64,000 nucleotides of DNA from an uncultured Eubacteriales bacterium. Lineage in GTDB: Bacteria > Actinomycetota > Coriobacteriia > Anaerosomatales > PHET01. This document shows positions 58,481 to 64,000 of this stretch, piece after piece (the first letter of the stretch is position 1; every line of letters starts with the position of its first letter). The translations under genes and the position numbers were made by a program. The notes under the pieces were generated by a model. It was not told the DNA's origin. It did no database searches and saw nothing but the letters and a program-made list of their open reading frames with translations. The stretch covers positions 9,593 through 73,592 of the forward strand of contig CAZBLH010000004.1 of assembly GCA_964492775.1 (NCBI GenBank), read 5' to 3'.

Positions 58481-59634
58481 CGAGTCGCCTCCTCGTCGTC
58501 TGCCTCGGCGAGCGCCTCGAAGCGCGGCTCATAGCCGCGGTCGAGCAGGTCCTCGCGAAGGGCATCGATATCGCCTTCATCCGTCAGAACCATGACCAGG
58601 AGCGCGCGGCTCTCGGTCTCGTGATCGATCTCAATGCCCTCGATGTTGCAGCCAGCACGCGACACGGCACCGGTCACCTCGGCGACCATGCCGGGCCGGT
58701 CGGGCATGGGCACCACAAGCTCGGTGAGGCGCGCCGTCGCAGGAACCCACTGGGAAGGCAGTGAGCGCCTGACGCTTGCTGCCATCCCGAGCCATCGGGT
58801 CACCGCGTCGCTGTCACCCGCACGCACCATCGCTTCGAACTCGCCGAGCGAGAGCCGAAGCTCACGCAGGCCCGCCGAGACCGCCTCGGCGTTGTCGAGC
58901 AGGATGCCGGTCCAGAGCTCAGGGCTGCCCGCCGCGATCCGCGTCGTATCCTTGAAGCCGCCCGCAGCCAGGCGCAGCAGCTCACCGCTCTTGCCCGAGT
59001 GCGCCCAGGCGACATCACAGAGAGCCGCGGCTGCCACGTGGGGCACGTGGCTGATGATGGCCACCGCCTCGTCGTGCGCCTTGGGCTCCACCGTGATCAC
59101 GCGCGCGCCAACGCTCGTGATGAGCGCATGCAGTTGGCCGTACGCATCAGGATCGGTCTCCGCGCCGGGCGTCAGCAGCCAGAACGTGCCATCGAAGAGA
59201 TCCGCCCGAGCGGCAGCGACGCCGCTTCGCTCGCTGCCGACCATCGGGTGACCGCCGATGAAGCTCGCGGCGGACCCCAGGTGCTTCCGGGCCGCGCGCA
59301 TCACGCCGGACTTAGTCGAGGCCAGGTCGGTCACCAGACCCGAGTATCCCAGCTCGCCGAGCCGAGCGAGCCACGTCTCCACATTATGAGCCGGCGTTGC
59401 GAGCACGACTAGATCGAGCCGGTCGCCGGCGAGCCATGCGTCAGCTTCGGCTGAATCCGCCACCGCTCCCAACTCGATAACGCCGAGTTCAAGTGCCTGA
59501 GCGATCGCGTTGGGATCGGTGTCAATGCCGTACACGGCAGGCTGCGGGTCAAGGGCTCGGCAGGCTGCGGCAAACGAGCCGCCCATCAGCCCTACTCCGA
59601 CCACGCAGATGTTTCTCAAGGTATCGGCAGCCAT
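58477..59634 (-). CDS. tyrA: prephenate dehydrogenase with a C-terminal ACT domain
   Basis: VVGVGLMGGSFA Rossmann motif, a GGHPMVGSE catalytic region, and an ACT-like tail. Confidence 0.88.
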   Translation of the reverse strand: MAADTLRNICVVGVGLMGGSFAAACRALDPQPAVYGIDTDPNAIAQALELGVIELGAVADSAEADAWLAGDRLDLVVLATPAHNVETWLARLGELGYSGLVTDLASTKSGVMRAARKHLGSAASFIGGHPMVGSERSGVAAARADLFDGTFWLLTPGAETDPDAYGQLHALITSVGARVITVEPKAHDEAVAIISHVPHVAAAALCDVAWAHSGKSGELLRLAAGGFKDTTRIAAGSPELWTGILLDNAEAVSAGLRELRLSLGEFEAMVRAGDSDAVTRWLGMAASVRRSLPSQWVPATARLTELVVPMPDRPGMVAEVTGAVSRAGCNIEGIEIDHETESRALLVMVLTDEGDIDALREDLLDRGYEPRFEALAEADDEEATR

Positions 59635-59642
59635 CGGTACCC

Positions 59643-60767
59643 CTACGCGTCCTGCCGCACGAGATCACGCAGCGCGGCGATCATGTGGTCGTTCTCGGCA
59701 GGCGTGCCGATCCCCAGTCGGATCGAGTCACCGCCGAAGTAGCGCACGATCACTCCCCGCTCGATCAGACCCTGATGGAGTCCTGCGGCGTCAGCCGCGT
59801 GCATCCAGACGAAGTTGGCCTGCGAGGGCGCCCACTCAAAGCCGAGCGCGCTCAACTCGGCACATACGCGTGAGCGCTCGCTGGCGTTCTCGGCGCGGCG
59901 CCGGGCGACCTCAGCCTGGTCGTCTAGCGCATGGTACGCGCCAATCTGGGCGACCATGTTGACATTGAAGGGGTCGCGGACCTTGTGGACCGCCTTCACG
60001 AGCGCTTCCGGCAGCACGCCGTAGCCGCAGCGCGCCCCGGCGAGCGAGTACATCTTCGAGAACGTGCGCAACACGACCACGCGCGGGTCATCGATGTACT
60101 CCAGCGCGTTCACGTGTCCGGAATCGGTGGCGTACTCGAAGTACGCCTCATCGAGCACGATCAACACGTTCTCCGGCACCGCCGAGAGAAATCGCTCGAA
60201 CGCCTCGCGCGTGACGATGGTGCCCGTTGGGTTGTTGGGGTTGCAGACGAAGACGATCTTGGTCCGTGGACTGATGGCGGCTGCCATGGCCTCCAGGTCA
60301 TGGGTCTCGCTCGCGTCGAGCGCGACTCGAACGGCTGTCGCGCCGGTGAGCTGCGTCACCATCGGGTAGACGACGAAGCTTGGCCACGCGAACACGGTCT
60401 CGTCGCCTGCCGAGAGCACTGCCTCACCGATCACGCGCAACAGCTCGTTGCTCCCGTTGCTGACGACCACCCGCTCCTCGGCAACGCCCAGATGCTCTGA
60501 GAGCTTGCCACGCAACGCGCGCGCAGCGCCGTCCGGATAGCGGTTCAGGTACGGCAGCACCGCGGTCATCGCGGCGATTGCCGACGGTACGGGCCCGTAG
60601 GGGTTCTCGTTGCTGGAGAGCTTCGTGACCGTCGCGATCCCTGCGACTTCGCGCACGTCACTCGCGCGAAGGCCCGGCGCATACGGCACCATCGGTTTGA
60701 CCTCGTCACGGATGAGTGCGTCCCAGTCCACGTTTCCACCCCTCGGGGTTGCCATTTGTGTGCGCAC
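59643..60767 (-). CDS. hisC: histidinol-phosphate/aromatic aminotransferase
   Basis: LSSNENPYGP, NPNNPTG, the PLP-lysine region RTFSKMYSLAG. The true start may be a few codons internal. Confidence 0.88.
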   Translation of the reverse strand: MRTQMATPRGGNVDWDALIRDEVKPMVPYAPGLRASDVREVAGIATVTKLSSNENPYGPVPSAIAAMTAVLPYLNRYPDGAARALRGKLSEHLGVAEERVVVSNGSNELLRVIGEAVLSAGDETVFAWPSFVVYPMVTQLTGATAVRVALDASETHDLEAMAAAISPRTKIVFVCNPNNPTGTIVTREAFERFLSAVPENVLIVLDEAYFEYATDSGHVNALEYIDDPRVVVLRTFSKMYSLAGARCGYGVLPEALVKAVHKVRDPFNVNMVAQIGAYHALDDQAEVARRRAENASERSRVCAELSALGFEWAPSQANFVWMHAADAAGLHQGLIERGVIVRYFGGDSIRLGIGTPAENDHMIAALRDLVRQDA

Positions 60768-60836
60768 GATTGTCGCACACTCTCTCGCCGAGAGGCCGCC
60801 GGATGCTGCAGGAAGCGCGTACAGGCGACGCGGGCG

Positions 60837-61418
60837 TCAGCCCTGCACGAAGTACTCGAGCATCCCGTGACCGTCGGTGATGCGAACGTGGGCCATCGAC
60901 GCGTTCCGGATGTGGAAGGCCCAGATGTCATCGGGGTCGAGCCCGAGCAGGTACGCGAGCGCGGCCCGGAACACGCCGCCGTGGGTAATGACCGCGAACC
61001 GACCGGGACGCGCGATGAGCTGCTCGGCGAACTCCCGCGCTCGGTCCTCGACCTGACGCCGAGACTCACCACCTGGAGCGACGGGTGCGTCCAGGTTGCG
61101 GTAGTCGAACGCCATTCCGGCCGCTTCGATCTCGGCGAACGTCATCCCCTCGACCGCGCCGAACGCGATCTCGACGAGGCGGTTGTCGACTCGAGGCTCG
61201 AGGCCTGCCGCCCTGCCCGCAACCGAGGCAAGCCTCGCTGCTCGCTCAAGCGGACTCGTCCAGATCTCGTCCGGGTCAAACGCCGCAATCTTCGCGGGCA
61301 GGCGGCGCAGCTGACGCTTCCCCTCGGCGGAGAACGGAGACGGCGAGCGTCCCACGAACCGGCCCTCGACGTTAGCCTCAGTCTCAGGATGGCGAACCAG
61401 CAGCACGTCGGTCTGCAT
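60837..61418 (-). CDS. cobC: histidine-phosphatase-family protein, probable alpha-ribazole phosphatase
   Basis: MQTDVLLVRHPETEANVEGRFVG... (RHG-type motif), with ITHGG later; immediately downstream of cobS. The 315-aa ORF-track entry is an over-extension overlapping cobS. Confidence 0.65.
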   Translation of the reverse strand: MQTDVLLVRHPETEANVEGRFVGRSPSPFSAEGKRQLRRLPAKIAAFDPDEIWTSPLERAARLASVAGRAAGLEPRVDNRLVEIAFGAVEGMTFAEIEAAGMAFDYRNLDAPVAPGGESRRQVEDRAREFAEQLIARPGRFAVITHGGVFRAALAYLLGLDPDDIWAFHIRNASMAHVRITDGHGMLEYFVQG

Positions 61419-61429
61419 GAGATCGGTTG

Positions 61430-62236
61430 TCACGCGATGACCCCGGCGAGACGCAGCACGGCGACGACCAAGAGCGACGAGGCCATCACCGCGGTCTCCA
61501 CGACCATTACGCTCGCGCCCATCGTGTCCCCGCTCACGCCGCCGAAGTGCTCCGCGATCACGTGCGGCACGCCGAGTGCGAACACGACGCCGAGTGACAC
61601 GACCGCGAGCACGGCCACCAGTCCCAGCCCGGATGCGAACGCCATCCATGCACAAGCAGCGAGTGCAGCGAGCGCGGTGACAGCGCCCAAGGCGGTCGGA
61701 GCGCCCATCACCGAGAGCCCGAGCCCCTCTCGCTTGGCCGGCTTGCCCAACCATGCCGAGAAGGTCGCCGCCAGCCGGCCACAAACGGCCGCTACGACCA
61801 CCACCGAGGCCGTCGCCAGCGACGTGCCTACCTCGGTGAGCAGACTCGCCTGAGCCACCGCAAAGAGCGCGATCGCGGTCGCGCCGAACGCACCGATTCG
61901 CGAGTCAGACATGACCTCATGCCTGCGCTCGGGTGCCACAAACCACGCATCGGCGACGTCGGCGAGCGCGTCCCAGTGCATGCCGCGCGTGAGAGCCGCG
62001 ATGCCGATGAGCACCACAGCGGCGAGCGCACCTGAGACGTCGTAGAAGACTCGGATGGACACAGCGAGAACGCCGAACATCAGCATCCCGATCGCCAGCC
62101 CCACGAGCGGAAACCAGCCTGCCACGCCTGAGCGCTCCCCAGAAGCCGGACCCTTCACCTTGATCGGCAGCACCGTCAGCAGGGTCACCGCAAGCGCGAT
62201 ATCACGCCCGATCCCCTTGTTCGCAGAACTGCTCAC
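61430..62236 (-). CDS. cobS: adenosylcobinamide-GDP ribazoletransferase (cobalamin synthase)
   Basis: 268-aa polytopic membrane protein with the LTVLP motif; sits between cobT and cobC. Confidence 0.8.
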   Translation of the reverse strand: MSSSANKGIGRDIALAVTLLTVLPIKVKGPASGERSGVAGWFPLVGLAIGMLMFGVLAVSIRVFYDVSGALAAVVLIGIAALTRGMHWDALADVADAWFVAPERRHEVMSDSRIGAFGATAIALFAVAQASLLTEVGTSLATASVVVVAAVCGRLAATFSAWLGKPAKREGLGLSVMGAPTALGAVTALAALAACAWMAFASGLGLVAVLAVVSLGVVFALGVPHVIAEHFGGVSGDTMGASVMVVETAVMASSLLVVAVLRLAGVIA

Positions 62237-63318
62237 TCGGAGTCCGGGCCGCTCACGCCGGCCTCAGCAAACGTCGCCATCCCCGACATCATCCGGCAGG
62301 AGGCTTCTATGACGGCCATCGCCAGCGCAGCTCCCGTACCCTCCCCCAGACGCATGTCGAGCGCCAGGATCGGCTCCAGACCAAGAGCTGTGAGAACGGC
62401 AGCGTGACCCGGCTCGACAGATAGGTGGCTCGGCAGGATGTACCCGAGTGCCGCGGGGCACATCGCCACAGCGGCAAGCGCAGCTGCACCCGAGATGAAC
62501 CCGTCGACCACGACGGCCACACCCTCCTCGGCAGCGCCGATAACCACGCCAGCGAGCGCCGCGAGCTCGAGCCCGCCCACTGCAGCAAGCACGCCGAACG
62601 CGTCAAGCTCGGCAACTCGGTTGACCTCAAGCGCCCGGCGCACGACCTCGACCTTGCGCGACAGGCCGTCGTCATCGAGCCCGGTACCGCGTCCCACAGC
62701 GGCCTCGACGTCCACGCCAGTGAAGGCGACGGTGAGCGCGGCAGCGGCCGTCGTGTTGCCGATGCCCATGTCGCCGGTGCCGATCAGCTCGAACCCCTGC
62801 TGTGCGGCCTCTCGAGCGGCCTCGATACCCACGAGTGTCGCCTGAGCGCACTGCTCACGCGTCATCGCCGGACCAACCGCCATGTTCGCGGTGCCATCCA
62901 TTACCCGCCGGTCAGTGAGCCCGCTACAGTACGCTACGTCGCTCATCACGCCGACGTCGTAGATGCGCACCTCGGCCCCGACGGTGGCGGCGAGCTGGTT
63001 GATCGCCGCGCCGCCTACGCAGAAGTTGGCGACCATCTGCGCGGTCACCTCAGGCGGATACGGCGAGACCTTCTCGGCAACCACTCCGTGATCCCCAGCC
63101 ATGAGCAGCACGACCTTGCGTACGGCGCTCGGACGCTCGGTCCGCTGCACCACCGCAACGCGCGTGGCGATCTCTTCGAGCTTGCCGAGCGAACCCGGCG
63201 GCTTGGTGAGATTGTCGAGCCGAGCGCGCGCAACTTCGGCATAGGCCCCATCAACGGCCGAGACCGACGCAATCTCGGCCCGTAGCTGCTCTTCGTAGTC
63301 CATTATCTCTCCGCTCAT
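62233..63318 (-). CDS. cobT: nicotinate-nucleotide--dimethylbenzimidazole phosphoribosyltransferase
   Basis: LTKPPGSLGKLEEIA, GDMGIGNTT, EGTGAA motifs. Confidence 0.92.
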   Translation of the reverse strand: MSGEIMDYEEQLRAEIASVSAVDGAYAEVARARLDNLTKPPGSLGKLEEIATRVAVVQRTERPSAVRKVVLLMAGDHGVVAEKVSPYPPEVTAQMVANFCVGGAAINQLAATVGAEVRIYDVGVMSDVAYCSGLTDRRVMDGTANMAVGPAMTREQCAQATLVGIEAAREAAQQGFELIGTGDMGIGNTTAAAALTVAFTGVDVEAAVGRGTGLDDDGLSRKVEVVRRALEVNRVAELDAFGVLAAVGGLELAALAGVVIGAAEEGVAVVVDGFISGAAALAAVAMCPAALGYILPSHLSVEPGHAAVLTALGLEPILALDMRLGEGTGAALAMAVIEASCRMMSGMATFAEAGVSGPDSE

Positions 63319-63322
63319 TCGC

Positions 63323-63931
63323 TCAGTCCTCCGGCCAGTCCACGCTGACTGGCAGCTCTTTCAGATTCAACACTCGACCCGCGACGCAGAAGAACGCCGC
63401 CTGCGCCTCGGCCACGAGCCCGCGGTTGGTCCTGCCGAGCAGGTCTCGGAAGAGACGACCGCTCGCGTGGGTCGGCACCACGCCGCTGCCCACCTCGTTC
63501 GTTACCACGATGGTGTCGCCGGCTCGCAGTGCCAGCGCCCGGACCTGTGCATCCACTCGAGCGGTCACCGACTTGGCCCAGCCGGCCGGCTCCTCGCCGT
63601 CGCCGACGCCCTCTCCGCCCGCCGCAGGCTCCCACTCCTCTTCCATGATCCGACCGATCAGTGTGCCCATGCACTCGACCACGAGCAGCGACCGCTCGTC
63701 GACGTCATCAAGCCAGCCCTGAGTCGAAGCGACCTCAAGAGTCACGAACTCCGCTGGCCGCTCGGCACGGTGCGCCGCGATACGCTCGGCCATCTCGGGA
63801 TCGCTCGGCCTGCCGAACACCGCAACCGTGACGCTCTCGACAGCCCCGGCACGCGCCAGGGCGAGCCGTTGCGCCGCTGATGACTTGCCCGATCGGGCGC
63901 CTCCGGTGAAGACGACCAGTGACATCGTCAC
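63323..63931 (-). CDS. cobU: bifunctional adenosylcobinamide kinase / adenosylcobinamide-phosphate guanylyltransferase
   Basis: The P-loop FTGGARSGKSS and a VTNEVGSGVVP motif. Confidence 0.88.
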   Translation of the reverse strand: MTMSLVVFTGGARSGKSSAAQRLALARAGAVESVTVAVFGRPSDPEMAERIAAHRAERPAEFVTLEVASTQGWLDDVDERSLLVVECMGTLIGRIMEEEWEPAAGGEGVGDGEEPAGWAKSVTARVDAQVRALALRAGDTIVVTNEVGSGVVPTHASGRLFRDLLGRTNRGLVAEAQAAFFCVAGRVLNLKELPVSVDWPED

Positions 63932-63933
63932 TC

Positions 63934-64000
63934 CTCCATCCCGGCCAGCGCTCTGAGCGCCGCCACCTCGACACTATCCAACATCCGCCACTCACCCGAC
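63934..64000 (-). CDS. C-terminal end of an unidentified upstream gene (truncated by the window)
   Basis: The open frame reads ...SGEWRMLDSVEVAALRALAGMEE-stop, with TGA at 63936-63934 just before the cobU start. Too short to assign. Confidence 0.4.

Noticed and set aside
60837-61784. 315-aa ORF-track entry for the CobC-like gene, along with similar long N-terminal extensions at 3380-4489, 15128-15868, 21131-22171, 36047-37618, 37647-38510, 46500-47885, 52198-53634 and 56452-57390
   Set aside because: In each case the family-typical N-terminus starts at an internal ATG/GTG with an RBS or a stop/start overlap. The extension overlaps the upstream gene or has an Arg/Pro-rich nonsense composition.

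Overview
High-GC, gene-dense window, mostly transcribed on the minus strand. It looks like core chromosome of a Coriobacteriia-like Actinomycetota anaerobe. That lineage call is an inference from Firmicutes-type content: FabK, PlsX/PlsY, FakA/DegV, ECF ThiT, NifS/NifU-MnmA, GlnRS and a SAM-I riboswitch. Contents in order: fabG-fabD-fabK-fabH-plsX-rpmF-yceD; coaD-rsmD-recG (recG reading frame broken); degV-fakA-asp23; rpmB; a membrane GAF/HD-GYP protein behind a TPP-riboswitch thiT-thiN unit; an M23 peptidase plus a PASTA/degenerate-amidase pair; glpX; rsmB-fmt-[ParE TA]-def-[A/T-richer lipoprotein]-priA; SAM-I riboswitch-metK; gltX-tRNA-Gln-tRNA-Glu-glnS; RNase P RNA; a 616-aa acidic repeat protein; nfo/dinB; a DtxR-family regulator; queD-rnhA-COG1579-nif3; PHP phosphatase-mnmA-nifU-nifS-rrf2; FMN riboswitch-ribDE(BA)H; rpe-gpsA-plsY-der-DUF512-ispH-plsC-cmk-aroA-tyrA-hisC; cobC-cobS-cobT-cobU. 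No transposase, integrase, CRISPR array or rRNA was seen. The best candidate for something undescribed is a 176-nt, helix-closed structured RNA with its own sigma70-like promoter (38483-38693). It lies in a 513-nt ORF-free gap, has no downstream plus-strand ORF, and points antisense into the queD operon. Secondary leads are the interrupted recG, the PASTA/dead-amidase plus active-M23 pair, the acidic repeat protein, and two small insertions inside the conserved priA-def-fmt-rsmB block. All calls come from reading the sequence and ORF translations; no database search or folding program was run.
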